A DNA stretch of 50,422 nucleotides from Minisyncoccota bacterium (GCA_043746875.1 JAYTQE010000046.1:1-50422); one strand, 5' to 3'; shown: positions 19,740 to 29,814, numbered from the stretch's first letter. Notes: generated by a model not told the origin, from the sequence alone. A program made the numbers and translations.

Positions 19740-20084
19740 CTATTTTTTCTTAGTATCTGTAGTAGATTTTGCAGCTTTTGCAGCTGTAATTTCAGCTTCT
19801 TTTTTCTTTTGATCAATATCCTTTTGCATTTTTCCTCCGTGTCGGGTAAATTTGCGAGTTGGAGAAAATTCTCCTAATCTGTGTCCGACCATATCCTCTG
19901 TTACTAAAACTTCTAGATGTTGTTTACCATTATGAACACCAAATGTGAAACCTACCATTTCAGGAGAAATTTGACTTGCTCTAGCCCATGTCTTAATAAC
20001 ACCAGCAGACAATGGCTGTTTACCTTCAATTTTTTTAATAAGTTTTGGATCGATATACGGTCCTTTTGCAAGTGATCTTGTCAT
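19740..20084 (-). CDS. rpsS: 30S ribosomal protein S19 with Lys/Ala-rich C-terminal extension
   Basis: [12 protein letters not shown]...GHRLGEF.PTRKF..HG. Confidence 0.9.
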   Translation of the reverse strand: MTRSLAKGPYIDPKLIKKIEGKQPLSAGVIKTWARASQISPEMVGFTFGVHNGKQHLEVLVTEDMVGHRLGEFSPTRKFTRHGGKMQKDIDQKKKEAEITAAKAAKSTTDTKKK

Positions 20085-20098
20085 AATGTAGAAAAAAA

Positions 20099-20149
20099 GA
20101 AGCTCTGTTTGAGCTCCGAGTATCTTAACAAATTATGAGCTATTGTCAA
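20099..20149 (-). promoter_or_regulatory. Candidate promoter followed by a terminator-like hairpin in front of rpsS
   Basis: Minus-strand TTGACA (20149-20144), 16-nt spacer, TAAGAT (20127-20122). Then hairpin GGAGCTC-aaaca-GAGCTTC (20117-20099) plus T7, 7 nt before the rpsS ATG. Confidence 0.35.
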
Positions 20150-20161
20150 ATACTTTATTTT

Positions 20162-20557
20162 TTAAAAAAATATTTTTGGTACAAAAATTATCAAACCTAC
20201 AATAGATGATCCGATAACTGTCAAAAGGACTGCACCAGCAGCTACATCTTTTGTGTCTCGAGCATAAGGATGCTCATCGGGACTGGTAAGGTCTATATCT
20301 ATTTCAAGTGCCGTATTAAAGCCCTCAGCGACAATAACACTAGTAATAGCTATTATTATTAGTCCCCACTCAGCTTCATTGAGTTTGTAGACAAACCCTA
20401 GAATAACTACAAAAATCCCTACAAAACCGTGCACCCAAGCATTATGTTGAGTTTTAAATATTATCCCAACTCCCCGAAATGCATGGTTAAAACTCTTAGC
20501 TCTGGCAATTATTGAAAACCTTTTCTTTTCTGATATTTTTTTATAAAAATTTGTCAT
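20162..20557 (-). CDS. dgkA: Diacylglycerol/undecaprenol kinase family (DgkA-like) membrane protein inserted between rplB and rpsS
   Basis: Three TM segments and a prokaryotic DAGK signature context (FRGVGIIF...NAWVH, AEGFNTALE, RDTKDVAAGAV). ATG 20557 is preferred over the track TTG 20596. TATAAT (20570-20565) lies 7 nt upstream. Confidence 0.7.
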   Translation of the reverse strand: MTNFYKKISEKKRFSIIARAKSFNHAFRGVGIIFKTQHNAWVHGFVGIFVVILGFVYKLNEAEWGLIIIAITSVIVAEGFNTALEIDIDLTSPDEHPYARDTKDVAAGAVLLTVIGSSIVGLIIFVPKIFF

Positions 20558-20593
20558 ATAAATAATTATAACTTTAAAATCTAAAAAGTATAA

Positions 20594-20628
20594 CAAAAAA
20601 TCTCTTTATTTAAATAAAGAGATTTTTT
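20594..20628 (-). terminator. Rho-independent terminator after rplB
   Basis: Palindrome tctctttattt/aaataaagaga flanked by an A-run and a T-run. Confidence 0.75.
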
Positions 20629-20630
20629 GT

Positions 20631-21467
20631 TTATCTTTTTCCTGTTTTACGACGAGTAATAACGTTACTATTTGAATACTTCTTCGGAGTACGAGTCTTG
20701 CGACCACCTGTAACCTTACCCCATTTAGTTTTTGGTCTTTTAGTTCCACGTCCTTGTCTACCTTCACCTCCTCCATATGGGTGATCAACCGGATTTTGAG
20801 CAGTACCACGAACAGTAGGCCTAATACCTTTCCAACGACTTCTTCCAGCTTTACCGTATTTTACAAGTTTATTTTCTTCATTAGAAACTTCACCAATAGT
20901 TGCCCAACATGTATCTTGTAATCGACGAATTTCACTTGATGGAAGCTTTACTTGAGAATATCCTTCATTTTGAGCAATTACTTGAGCAAAAGATCCTGCT
21001 GATCTTACGATCTTTGCTCCACTATTTGGTTTTATCTCTATATTAAAAATAAAACTTCCTGCTGGGATTGAACTCAACGGTAATCGATTTGCTACTTCTA
21101 TAGGAGCTGTTTTTCCTACTATAAATTTATGTCCAACTTTTATATTTCTAGGAATAACAACATATCTCTTTTCTCCATCTTCATAAACAGCTAGACCAAT
21201 AAATGCACTTCTATTCGGATCATATTCTACTGATGTTATTTTTGCTGGAATATCATGTTTATTATATAAAAAGTCTATTTCACGATAAAGACGCTTAGCT
21301 CCACCTCCTTTGTGTCGAGTAGTTATGCGACCTAGATTATTTCTTCCATTTGATCTTTTGAAACCTCCAGTTAAAGATTTTTCTGGTTTTGATTTTGTCA
21401 AAACTTTACGATAATCAATACCAAGTGTTCCGCGTTGTGATTTTGTTGTAGGTTTGTGTGATTTCAT
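20631..21467 (-). CDS. rplB: 50S ribosomal protein L2
   Basis: GRNN.GRIT.RH.GGG.KR...VRG.AQNPVDHP.GGGEG. Confidence 0.95.
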   Translation of the reverse strand: MKSHKPTTKSQRGTLGIDYRKVLTKSKPEKSLTGGFKRSNGRNNLGRITTRHKGGGAKRLYREIDFLYNKHDIPAKITSVEYDPNRSAFIGLAVYEDGEKRYVVIPRNIKVGHKFIVGKTAPIEVANRLPLSSIPAGSFIFNIEIKPNSGAKIVRSAGSFAQVIAQNEGYSQVKLPSSEIRRLQDTCWATIGEVSNEENKLVKYGKAGRSRWKGIRPTVRGTAQNPVDHPYGGGEGRQGRGTKRPKTKWGKVTGGRKTRTPKKYSNSNVITRRKTGKR

Positions 21468-21479
21468 AGTATTAAAATA

Positions 21480-21788
21480 TTACATTACCTCTATCTTAAC
21501 TCCTTTTTTAACAGTTATATATGCCTTTTTTCCTTTTTTACTAGCACCTAATATACCTTTACGAAAAAAAATTTTTGCTTTTTGATTAGAAGTGTTTACT
21601 CTTACTGGTTTATGCTTAAATTGAGCAAAAAAAGCTTTTGAAATTTCATTTTTTGTAGAATTTACATTTACATCAAAAATATAAGTATCAACCTGGACAG
21701 AATTTGCTGCTTTTTCAGTAATACGAGCCTTCTTTAGTATAGAAGGAGTTTTTGTTGCTATTTCTTTTGTGTCTTTTATCTTTTTCAT
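21480..21788 (-). CDS. rplW: 50S ribosomal protein L23
   Basis: ILKKARITEKA...YIFDVN...TKNEI..AF; operon position. Confidence 0.85.
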   Translation of the reverse strand: MKKIKDTKEIATKTPSILKKARITEKAANSVQVDTYIFDVNVNSTKNEISKAFFAQFKHKPVRVNTSNQKAKIFFRKGILGASKKGKKAYITVKKGVKIEVM

Positions 21789-21792
21789 AATT

Positions 21793-22557
21793 TTATTTTA
21801 GTTTTGATTCTAAAAAACTAATAATAGACTCTGGATTAATAAAAACCAAGTTTCTAAATTTCATTGAAAGTACAGGGTTTAAATCACCTATTTTAATAAT
21901 AGTAGCTCCTGGTAAATTAGCAAAACTTTTTTCTATATTTACATTACTTTCTGATAAAACAAATAGAGAGCCTGTTTTCTTTTTTGAATTAATTTTTGAA
22001 AAATTATCAATTTTTGAAAAATTCTCAAGTACTTTTTGAGCATCTTTTGTTTTAATATTATCAAGATTTAATGAATCGATAAATAAAATATCTCCTTTTG
22101 TATATTTATTTGATAAAACTGTAAACAAAGCCTTAACACGCATTTTTTTGTTTATTTTCTTTGTATAGTCTTTTTCTTTTCTTGGACCAAATGTTGTACC
22201 TCCGCCACTCCAAATAGGACTTCTTGTAGATCCGTGACGAGCTCGGCCTGTACCTTTTTGTTTCCAAGGTTTTCTACCACCACCTGAAACTTCACTTCTG
22301 TCTTTTGTATGAGCGGTACCAGCTCTAGCATTTGACATCATTGATGTAACAACTTCATGAACTAAGTCAGCATTCCATTTAACACCAAAAACTTTTCCTG
22401 GAAGAGAGATATTACCAACAGATATACCCTTTTGAGAAAAAATAGAAGCCTCTAAAGATACCTCTACTTTGATTTTCTTTTCAGTTTTCAACTTAGGTGT
22501 TTTAACTGATGATGTTTTTGTTGTTTTTGTTGTTTTTGTTGTTTTTGTTTCAGACAT
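21793..22557 (-). CDS. rplD: 50S ribosomal protein L4 with ~45-aa Thr/Lys-rich N-terminal extension
   Basis: GGGRKPWKQKGTGRARHGS motif; operon position. Confidence 0.9.
   Translation of the reverse strand: MSETKTTKTTKTTKTSSVKTPKLKTEKKIKVEVSLEASIFSQKGISVGNISLPGKVFGVKWNADLVHEVVTSMMSNARAGTAHTKDRSEVSGGGRKPWKQKGTGRARHGSTRSPIWSGGGTTFGPRKEKDYTKKINKKMRVKALFTVLSNKYTKGDILFIDSLNLDNIKTKDAQKVLENFSKIDNFSKINSKKKTGSLFVLSESNVNIEKSFANLPGATIIKIGDLNPVLSMKFRNLVFINPESIISFLESKLK
22514..22549. repeat. Four tandem copies of 9-nt unit gtttttgtt inside rplD, encoding (TKT)x4
   Basis: Direct reading: copies at 22514-22522, 22523-22531, 22532-22540, 22541-22549. Confidence 0.9.
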
Positions 22558-22562
22558 ATAAA

Positions 22563-23177
22563 TTAACTCGTAATACTTACAAGAGTTCCTCGACGACCTG
22601 GAACAGCACCACTAATATAGATAATATTTGCATTTTCATCTACAGAAACAACTCTTAGTCCTTTTACTGTAACAGTATCTCCACCGGTACGTCCAGCCAT
22701 TCTCATTCCTTTTACAACACGACCTCCAGCACGACCTGGTCCACCACCAATAGATCCTGGTTCTCTTTCTGAATGTTTTTGTCCGTGACTACGTGGTCCT
22801 CCTTTGAAGTTATAACGCTTAACAACACCTTGAAAACCTTTTGACTTTGAAATAGCTGAGACTGTTATAGAATCTCCTTGGTTGAAAATATTTGAATTTA
22901 TCTCTTGCCCAATTTCTAAGTTTTCTGATTCTTTAAGTCTAAACTCTTTTAATAATTTAAATGTTAAACCTTTATTTGCTCCTAATTGAGCCTTGTTCAT
23001 GCGAGATTCTTTTTGTTTACCGTAAGCAATTTGAACTGCATTATAGCCATCACTTTCTACATTTTTTATTTTTGTGACAATGTTTGAATCTATAGAAATA
23101 GCAGTAACTGGAGTTACAAAACCCTTTTCATCAAAAATTTGTGTCATATTCAATTTTTGGCCAATTATAAATTTCAT
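22563..23177 (-). CDS. rplC: 50S ribosomal protein L3
   Basis: GKQKESRMNKAQ...SKGKGFQGVVKR..F.GGP.SHG. Confidence 0.95.
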   Translation of the reverse strand: MKFIIGQKLNMTQIFDEKGFVTPVTAISIDSNIVTKIKNVESDGYNAVQIAYGKQKESRMNKAQLGANKGLTFKLLKEFRLKESENLEIGQEINSNIFNQGDSITVSAISKSKGFQGVVKRYNFKGGPRSHGQKHSEREPGSIGGGPGRAGGRVVKGMRMAGRTGGDTVTVKGLRVVSVDENANIIYISGAVPGRRGTLVSITS

Positions 23178-23271
23178 ATTTTTTTGTGTTCTTACCGTAT
23201 AATTTATTGTCTAGTCCAGTATTGCAATAAAGTAAGAGCGGTAGCGGATCACTTAATTAGATTGTCACAGG

Positions 23272-23299
23272 ATTATACACGTGATTAAGAATTATGCAA
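23272..23299 (-). promoter_or_regulatory. Candidate promoter for rplC and downstream genes
   Basis: Minus-strand TTGCAT (23299-23294), 16-nt spacer, TATAAT (23277-23272). Leaves a ~90-nt leader. Confidence 0.45.
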
Positions 23300-23305
23300 A
23301 TAAAA

Positions 23306-23334
23306 TTAAAAATCCCACTTTTGTGGGATTTTTC
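23306..23334 (-). terminator. Terminator of small inserted ORF
   Basis: aatcccac-tttt-gtgggatt flanked by an A-run and a T-run. Confidence 0.75.
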
Positions 23335-23353
23335 AAAAAAAATGAATTGGAAA

Positions 23354-23557
23354 TTATCTATCCTCAATAAATTCTTCAGTATTTTCTTCTATTTTTTGTT
23401 TAAATGAATTATCTTGTGTATTAGATTCTTCGATTCTTGTTTTTTTAGCTGTTTTTCTAACAAAAAAAATAAATCCTCCTACTAACAGTATAATTACAAT
23501 TACACCCAAAATAATACCTATCCAATCATCATTTGAAAGTACTAAAATAAATTTCAT
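23354..23557 (-). CDS. Small single-pass membrane protein (67 aa) inserted between rpsJ and rplC
   Basis: ATG start. Hydrophobic helix IGIILGVIVIILLVGGFIFFV followed by an acidic tail. Has its own terminator. Confidence 0.45.
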   Translation of the reverse strand: MKFILVLSNDDWIGIILGVIVIILLVGGFIFFVRKTAKKTRIEESNTQDNSFKQKIEENTEEFIEDR

Positions 23558-23678
23558 AACTTATTAAGTTTGTTTGAATCAAATTAACACACTTAACAAA
23601 TAAAAGTCAAGTATTAATTTTAATTTTGAGGATTCTATATTCAACTGGAAAAGGTTATAGTCAAAAAACATATCTAAC

Positions 23679-23705
23679 AAAAAATCCCCAAAAGGGGATT
23701 TTTTG
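23679..23705 (-). terminator. Terminator after rpsJ
   Basis: aatcccc-aaaa-ggggatt flanked by an A-run and a T-run. Confidence 0.75.
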
Positions 23706-23712
23706 TTATTAC

Positions 23713-24063
23713 TTACATCATTTTTACATCTATATCCACACCACTTGGCATAGATAGATTTGTCAGAGCTTCTATCACTTTTGGTGATGGATTCTCTATA
23801 TCAATAAGTCTTTTGTGTACACGCATTTCAAATTGTTCTCGAGAATTTTTATAAATAAAAGGAGAACGATTAACTGTGTACTTTTTAATTTCAGTCGGTA
23901 ATGGTATTGGGCCTCGAACTTTTGCATCATAACGAATAGCTGTATCGATAATTTGCTTAGTACTAGCATCTAAAATTTTATTTTCATATGCACGAACCCT
24001 AATACGCAATAATGATTGAACTTCGGAATTTAATTTTGTTTTGCTTGTTGTTTTTGTTGTCAT
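23713..24063 (-). CDS. rpsJ: 30S ribosomal protein S10
   Basis: LRIRVRAYENKILD....I.....R....V.GPIPLPT. ATG 24063 is preferred; the track start 24093 is a TTG. Confidence 0.9.
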   Translation of the reverse strand: MTTKTTSKTKLNSEVQSLLRIRVRAYENKILDASTKQIIDTAIRYDAKVRGPIPLPTEIKKYTVNRSPFIYKNSREQFEMRVHKRLIDIENPSPKVIEALTNLSMPSGVDIDVKMM

Positions 24064-24168
24064 AAGAATGTGCTTTGTATAAGTAGTGCACAATATCGTG
24101 AGTTCTCTTTCAAAAAGAAAGAATATGTTTTCACTATAATAGCCTGTTCTTTATACGTTAAATTGGTA

Positions 24169-25362
24169 TTATTTTATAACTTTTGTTACAACACCAGCTC
24201 CAACAGTCTTACCTCCTTCTCGGATAGCAAAACGTTGCTGATCCTCAAGGGCTACTGGAACTACAAGTTTAACTGTAATCTTAACAGTATCACCTGGCAT
24301 AACCATTTCAGTTCCTGTTGGTAGATTTACTTCACCAGTTACATCAGTTGTACGAATGTAAAACTGAGGTTTGTAACCATTAATAAATGGTGTGTGTCTT
24401 CCACCTTCTTCCTTTTTCAAGATATAAACTTCACCTTCAAACTCAGTATGAGGAGTTACAGACCCACTTTGAGCAAGAACTTGACCACGAGTTAGGTCAT
24501 CTTTTTTTGTACCACGAAGTAGAATTCCTGCATTATCTCCTGCCATACCACTATCAAGTTGTTTATTGAACATTTCAATACCAGTAACAGTAGTTTTTGC
24601 AGTATCTTTAATACCAACAATTTCTATTTCTTGACCTACTTTAACTGTTCCTCTTTCGATACGTCCAGTTACAACTGTTCCACGACCTTCGATAGAAAAG
24701 ATATCTTCGATAGGCATTAGAAACGGTTTTTCAACTTCACGAACTGGAACTGGAATATAAGTATCAAGAGCATTTGTAAGTTCAAGAATCTTCTTTGCCC
24801 ATTCATCTTCTACAGATGTAGATTCAAGACCTTTAAGTCCTGATCCACGTATAACTGGACAATCTTTATCAAAACCTTGTTTTTCAAGAATTTCACGAAT
24901 TTCTTCTTCAACTAGATCAATCATGTCTTTGTCATCTACCATGTCGCATTTATTCAAAAATACAACAATTTTTGGAACACCTACTTGTTTTGCAAGAAGG
25001 ATATGTTCACGAGTTTGTGGCATTGCTCCATCAGTTGCAGCAACTACGATAATTGCTCCATCCATTTGAGCAGCACCAGTAATCATGTTTTTGATATAGT
25101 CAGCGTGACCTGGAGCATCAATGTGTGCATAGTGACGAGAAACTGTTTCATATTCATTGTGTGAAATATTAATAGTAATTCCACGAGCTTTTTCTTCAGG
25201 TGCGCCATCAATATCACCAACACCTTTTAATTTAACTGTATTTCCTGCCATGTTTAGAACATGCAGTATAGCCGCTGTAAGCGTAGTTTTTCCATGATCA
25301 ACGTGACCAATAGTTCCTACGTTTACGTGTGGCTTGTCTCTTTTAAATGCTTCTGTAGCCAT
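24169..25362 (-). CDS. tuf: Elongation factor Tu
   Basis: [37 protein letters not shown]. The ATG at 25362 gives a canonical N-terminus; the 15-aa extension from 25407 is implausible. Confidence 0.95.
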   Translation of the reverse strand: MATEAFKRDKPHVNVGTIGHVDHGKTTLTAAILHVLNMAGNTVKLKGVGDIDGAPEEKARGITINISHNEYETVSRHYAHIDAPGHADYIKNMITGAAQMDGAIIVVAATDGAMPQTREHILLAKQVGVPKIVVFLNKCDMVDDKDMIDLVEEEIREILEKQGFDKDCPVIRGSGLKGLESTSVEDEWAKKILELTNALDTYIPVPVREVEKPFLMPIEDIFSIEGRGTVVTGRIERGTVKVGQEIEIVGIKDTAKTTVTGIEMFNKQLDSGMAGDNAGILLRGTKKDDLTRGQVLAQSGSVTPHTEFEGEVYILKKEEGGRHTPFINGYKPQFYIRTTDVTGEVNLPTGTEMVMPGDTVKITVKLVVPVALEDQQRFAIREGGKTVGAGVVTKVIK

Positions 25363-25442
25363 AATAAATATATAATTAATTGATAAAATAAAAACAAAAA
25401 CAATCATACCCTAATACTAGGGAGCAAAATTGATTGTCTTTT

Positions 25443-25470
25443 ATGATAACAATTCTGACCTTTTTGTCAA
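25443..25470 (-). promoter_or_regulatory. Candidate tuf promoter
   Basis: Minus-strand TTGACA (25470-25465), 16-nt spacer ending in TGt, TATCAT (25448-25443). Confidence 0.5.
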
Positions 25471-25477
25471 ACCAAAC

Positions 25478-25510
25478 AAAAAAACCTTCTTTTTAAAAGA
25501 AGGTTTTTTT
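25478..25510 (-). terminator. Terminator after inserted gene 25513-25908
   Basis: Palindrome aaccttctttt/aaaagaaggtt flanked by an A-run and a T-run. Confidence 0.8.
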
Positions 25511-25512
25511 AA

Positions 25513-25908
25513 CTAATGAACTTTTTTATACAAAACTTCCTGTATTTTAATAAAAATACTAAAAAAATCTTTACTCATATGCTTTAAATCTATTCTATGC
25601 ATATGACTTGGTTCCATATGGAGAGATTTTTTAGGTAAGACTTTTATATTAAATATTACTTTTGGAGATATTTCTTTCTTATTTTCGAAATCTTTCTTTA
25701 TTTCACTAATTTCCTCAGTGAGCATAAATATATAACCCCTATCTCCACTCTTAAGGAAACCCAAAGTAACATCTTTTCCAGCCATTTCCACAAGAGAAAT
25801 ATCTCCGTAATAACTTAAAATTTGATGTATTTTGTCTTTTTTAAAGAGATGATCAGATATAGTAGACATTACTATATTTTCTAATTCTTTTTCTAAATTT
25901 ACTTTCAT
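25513..25908 (-). CDS. Hypothetical protein (131 aa) inserted between fusA and tuf
   Basis: ATG-start ORF with no terminator between it and fusA, but a strong terminator after it. No motif recognised. Confidence 0.45.
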   Translation of the reverse strand: MKVNLEKELENIVMSTISDHLFKKDKIHQILSYYGDISLVEMAGKDVTLGFLKSGDRGYIFMLTEEISEIKKDFENKKEISPKVIFNIKVLPKKSLHMEPSHMHRIDLKHMSKDFFSIFIKIQEVLYKKVH

Positions 25909-25962
25909 TTTGTATTTTTCTAAAGATTAACACAAAATTTTTATTTGTAAATTTATATTAAT

Positions 25963-28104
25963 TTATGTTCGTGATTTTATGATAGTATCAGCAACGTTTT
26001 GAGGGACTATATCGTAACGTAAAAATTCCATTGTAAAACCTGCTCTACCTTCAGTCATTGAACGAAGATTTGTCATATATCCAAACATTTCTGAAAGTGG
26101 TACAACTGCATTTACAGCTTGATTCATACCACGAGTTTCCATACCTTCAATAAGTCCGCGACGAGACGATAATGAACCTGTTACGTCTCCCATAAATTTG
26201 TCAGGAGTTACAACCTCTACTTTCATCATAGGCTCTAAGATAACAGGCTTTGCAGATCTACATGCCTCTTGAACGGCCATACTTGCTGCTATTTTAAAAG
26301 CCATTTCATTTGAATCAACTTCGTGAAAAGATCCATCGTATAAATCAACAGAAACATTTTCCATACGAAAACCTGCTAATACACCTCTATCTAATCCTTC
26401 TTTTAATCCTTTTTCAATTGGCACTATAAATTCTCCCGGAATTGCTCCTCCTTTAATATTGTTTATAAATTCAAAACCATTTGATCTTTTAGTATTTTTA
26501 GGTAAATCTTTTGGATCTACACTTTGATCCATAGGTTTAATATTAATCTTAACGTGGCCATAGTTACCTTTTCCTCCTGATTGTTTAATATATTTACCTT
26601 CAGATGATGCATTTGTAGTAATAGTTTCTCTATACGCCACTTGAGGTTTTCCAACATTTGCTTCAACATTAAACTCTCTTTTCATACGATCAACAATAAT
26701 TTCTAAGTGAAGCTCTCCCATACCAGCAATAATTGTTTCTTCTGTTTCAGGATCGGTAGAAACTTTAAATGTTGGATCTTCGTCAGATAAACGATTTAAA
26801 GCTAAGCCCATTTTTTCTTGATCAGCTTTAGTTTTTGGTTCTATACGTAAAGTGATAACAGGTTCTGGGAATTTAATACGATCAAGAGTAATAGGTGTAG
26901 ACTCATTACAAAGAGTATCTGAAGTTTTTGTATCCTTAAGACCAACAGCTGCGGCAATTTCTCCAGCAAAAACCTTTTTAACTTCTTCACGTTGATCAGC
27001 TTGCATACGAACAATACGACTCATACGCTCTCTGTTTCCAGTACGAGGATTATAAATATATGAACCAGCCTCAACTGTTCCTGAATAAACTCTAAAAAAT
27101 ACCAATTGCCCAACAAAAGGATCTGCCATAGATTTAAATGCAAGTGCTGCAAATGGAGCATTGTCATCTGCAGGACAATCTATAATTTCTTCTGTATCTG
27201 GATTAATCCCTTTTGCTACAGTAATTTCTGTTGGAGCAGGAAGATAATCAACAACAGCATCTAATACTAATTGGACACCTTTATTTTTAAGAGCACTACC
27301 TGCATATACAGGGAAAATCTGATTAGCGATAACAGCTTTACGTAGAGTTGCTTTAAGTTCCGCAATACTTGGCTCTTTACCTTCTAAGTAATTAGTCATA
27401 TGAGTTTCATCATTTTCAACTATACGCTCAACAAGTTCTGCATGATACTTATTTGCTTCAGCAAATAAGTTCTCTGGAATATCTTTTGTAATAACATTAC
27501 TTCCCATTTCTCCTTCAAAGTAATATGCTTTCATTTCTAAAAGATCAACAACCCCTTCATGGTTCTCTTCTAGTCCAATAGGAATTTGCATACGAACTGC
27601 TTTTTTAGACAATCGATCAAGAATTGTTTTATAAGAATGTTCAAAAGATGCTCCTGTACGATCAAGTTTATTCACAAAACAAATACGAGGAACATTAGCT
27701 TCATCTGCATAGCGCCAATTAGTCTCTGATTGAGGCTCTACCCCTGCTACTCCATCAAAAACAACAACTGCTCCATCTAGTACTCTAAGTGATCTCTTAA
27801 CTTCAACAGTAAAGTCTATGTGACCAGGTGTATCTATAATATTAAATCGAAAACTTTTAGATTTATCACCTTTTTCATATGTTGGAATCCATGCGCAAGT
27901 TACAGCTGCAGCTGTAATTGTAATCCCTCTTTCTCTTTCTTGTTCCATCCAGTCAGTTGTAGTTTCTCCATCATGAACTTCACCAATTTTGTGACTCATT
28001 CCAGTATAGAAAAGTACACGCTCTGATGTCGTAGTTTTTCCAGCATCAATATGAGCAATGATACCAAAATTTCGAACTTTATTTAGGGGGTACTCTCTTT
28101 CCAT
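25963..28104 (-). CDS. fusA: Elongation factor G
   Basis: [28 protein letters not shown]; 713 aa. Confidence 0.95.
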   Translation of the reverse strand: MEREYPLNKVRNFGIIAHIDAGKTTTSERVLFYTGMSHKIGEVHDGETTTDWMEQERERGITITAAAVTCAWIPTYEKGDKSKSFRFNIIDTPGHIDFTVEVKRSLRVLDGAVVVFDGVAGVEPQSETNWRYADEANVPRICFVNKLDRTGASFEHSYKTILDRLSKKAVRMQIPIGLEENHEGVVDLLEMKAYYFEGEMGSNVITKDIPENLFAEANKYHAELVERIVENDETHMTNYLEGKEPSIAELKATLRKAVIANQIFPVYAGSALKNKGVQLVLDAVVDYLPAPTEITVAKGINPDTEEIIDCPADDNAPFAALAFKSMADPFVGQLVFFRVYSGTVEAGSYIYNPRTGNRERMSRIVRMQADQREEVKKVFAGEIAAAVGLKDTKTSDTLCNESTPITLDRIKFPEPVITLRIEPKTKADQEKMGLALNRLSDEDPTFKVSTDPETEETIIAGMGELHLEIIVDRMKREFNVEANVGKPQVAYRETITTNASSEGKYIKQSGGKGNYGHVKINIKPMDQSVDPKDLPKNTKRSNGFEFINNIKGGAIPGEFIVPIEKGLKEGLDRGVLAGFRMENVSVDLYDGSFHEVDSNEMAFKIAASMAVQEACRSAKPVILEPMMKVEVVTPDKFMGDVTGSLSSRRGLIEGMETRGMNQAVNAVVPLSEMFGYMTNLRSMTEGRAGFTMEFLRYDIVPQNVADTIIKSRT

Positions 28105-28202
28105 ATGTTTTATATTTATTTAAAATTAATTTCTTTATTATTAAAAGCCCCACAGGGGCTATAGTAACAAATACTATAAATGTAAGTTAGTAAAAATGCA
28201 AC

Positions 28203-28229
28203 AAAAAAATCCCTATAAGGGATTTTTTT
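28203..28229 (-). terminator. Terminator after rpsG
   Basis: atccct-ata-agggat flanked by an A-run and a T-run. Confidence 0.7.
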
Positions 28230-28233
28230 ATAT

Positions 28234-28707
28234 TTACCAAGCAAAGTGAGCGAATGCTTTGTTTGATTCAGCCATTTTGTGTGTATCTTTTTTCTTCTTT
28301 ACAGCGTTGCCTTCTCCTTTTGCTGCTAAAGTAAGTTCTTCAGCAAGAGCTACTGATGTTTTTGCGCCTTTACGAGATCTAGTGGCATCTATAATCCAAC
28401 GCATAGCAAGAGCTGTACGTCTTTCATTTCTAACCTCTCTTGGTACTTGATAATTTGCACCACCTATACGACGAGAACGAACTTCAACTAATGGTCCAGC
28501 ATTTTTTATTGCATTATCAAAAATTTCAATAGGGCTTTCTACTGTAGTATCTTTTGATTTAATTATCTCAAAAGCATCATAAACTATCTTACGAGCTGTA
28601 TTTTTTTTACCATCTTGCATTAGGCAATTAATAAATTTCTCAAGAGTTTTTGAATTAAACTTGATATCTTCACCTACTATATTTCTATTTGTTACTTTTC
28701 TTCTCAT
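28234..28707 (-). CDS. rpsG: 30S ribosomal protein S7
   Basis: KFIN.LM.DGKK..A..I.Y.AF...VE.RSRR.GGANYQVP. Confidence 0.95.
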   Translation of the reverse strand: MRRKVTNRNIVGEDIKFNSKTLEKFINCLMQDGKKNTARKIVYDAFEIIKSKDTTVESPIEIFDNAIKNAGPLVEVRSRRIGGANYQVPREVRNERRTALAMRWIIDATRSRKGAKTSVALAEELTLAAKGEGNAVKKKKDTHKMAESNKAFAHFAW

Positions 28708-28718
28708 ATATTTATATA

Positions 28719-29141
28719 TTATTTAGAAACTACTTTTGGACGCTTAGTACCGTACATTGATCTAGATTTTCGACGTTTATCAATACCTTGTGTATCAAGA
28801 ACACCTCTTACTATATGATAACGAACTCCAATCAAGTCTTTTACACGACCACCTCGAAGCATTACAACTGAGTGCTCTTGTAAATTGTGACCCTCACCTG
28901 GAATATATGCTGTTACTATATCTCCATTTGTAAGTCGTACACGAGCTATTTTACGAATAGCTGAGTTAGGTTTCTTAGGTGTAGTAGTAGAAACTTTTAC
29001 ACATACACCTCTTTTAAAAGGGGATGAGTAATAAACTGGACGATTATGAATAGCATTAAAACCACGGGAAAGTGTTACCGCTTTTGTTTTGCGCTTTACG
29101 CTCTTTCGAGGTTGTTTAACAAGCTGATTTATAGTTGACAT
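28719..29141 (-). CDS. rpsL: 30S ribosomal protein S12
   Basis: TINQL...[17 protein letters not shown]....[14 protein letters not shown]. Confidence 0.95.
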   Translation of the reverse strand: MSTINQLVKQPRKSVKRKTKAVTLSRGFNAIHNRPVYYSSPFKRGVCVKVSTTTPKKPNSAIRKIARVRLTNGDIVTAYIPGEGHNLQEHSVVMLRGGRVKDLIGVRYHIVRGVLDTQGIDKRRKSRSMYGTKRPKVVSK

Positions 29142-29190
29142 GTTCCGCTATGCTACTACAGTGGCGAAAAGAAATCAAGTGTTATTAAAA

Positions 29191-29814
29191 CTAAAATCTA
29201 ACTCCTGTAATAAAACTAAATAAAACAAAAGCAAAAGGTGCTACAATTTTCCATCCAAAAACAATAAAAAGTAGCAAAAGAGGCAAACTATACTCCTCTA
29301 TAAAAGATAATTTCTTATAAAACCTAACTGGTAAAATTGCTGATAAAAAACGAAATCCGTCCAATGGAGCAATAGGAATTGCATTAAAAATTGCTAGCAC
29401 TATATTTACTAATACAACAATACTTGTGATTTCTATAAATTTTTCTGGTGTATTTCCAAGTAATATAGCAATCCTAATAGCTAATCCAAAAAAAATAGCA
29501 ATAAGTAAATTAACAATAATTCCAGCAATAGATACTTTTGCTACACTTTTATTTCCATTTCTTAAATTATCTGGATTATAAGGTACAGGTTTTGCCCAAC
29601 CAAATATAAATCCAGCATTTGTGATAAGTAAAATTAAAGGCAAGATAATAGAACCAAATATATCTATGTGTTTTAACGGATTAAGAGTAATACGCCCCAA
29701 AATACGAGCAGTAGAATCTCCTTCTTTTTCTGCCATAATTCCATGAGCTACCTCATGAACAATAATTGAAAAAATAAGTATAAAAAAATAAAAAATAGAA
29801 ATTGTTGCTGTCAT
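29191..29814 (-). CDS. M50-family (site-2 protease-like) membrane metallopeptidase
   Basis: HEVAHGIMA (HExxH) in TM1 and NAIPIAPLDGFR (NxxPxxxLDG) in a later TM segment; polytopic. Confidence 0.75.
   Translation of the reverse strand: MTATISIFYFFILIFSIIVHEVAHGIMAEKEGDSTARILGRITLNPLKHIDIFGSIILPLILLITNAGFIFGWAKPVPYNPDNLRNGNKSVAKVSIAGIIVNLLIAIFFGLAIRIAILLGNTPEKFIEITSIVVLVNIVLAIFNAIPIAPLDGFRFLSAILPVRFYKKLSFIEEYSLPLLLLFIVFGWKIVAPFAFVLFSFITGVRF

Noticed and set aside
24064-25407. Longer N-terminal extensions given by the ORF track (tuf 25407, rpsJ 24093, rplR 14725, rplF 15227, dgkA 20596, truB 9445, PLD 31494, infC 9365)
   Set aside because: Most start at TTG/GTG, overlap the upstream gene or add hydrophobic or odd residues before a canonical conserved N-terminus. 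An internal ATG giving the family-typical N-terminus was preferred. For infC a downstream TTG was chosen instead.
28146-28160. Second hairpin (agcccc-aca-ggggct) in the fusA leader as a riboswitch or attenuator
   Set aside because: It is a short isolated 6-bp stem followed by only four U on the minus strand, with no alternative pairing partner found. The evidence is insufficient beyond a minor pause or stability element.
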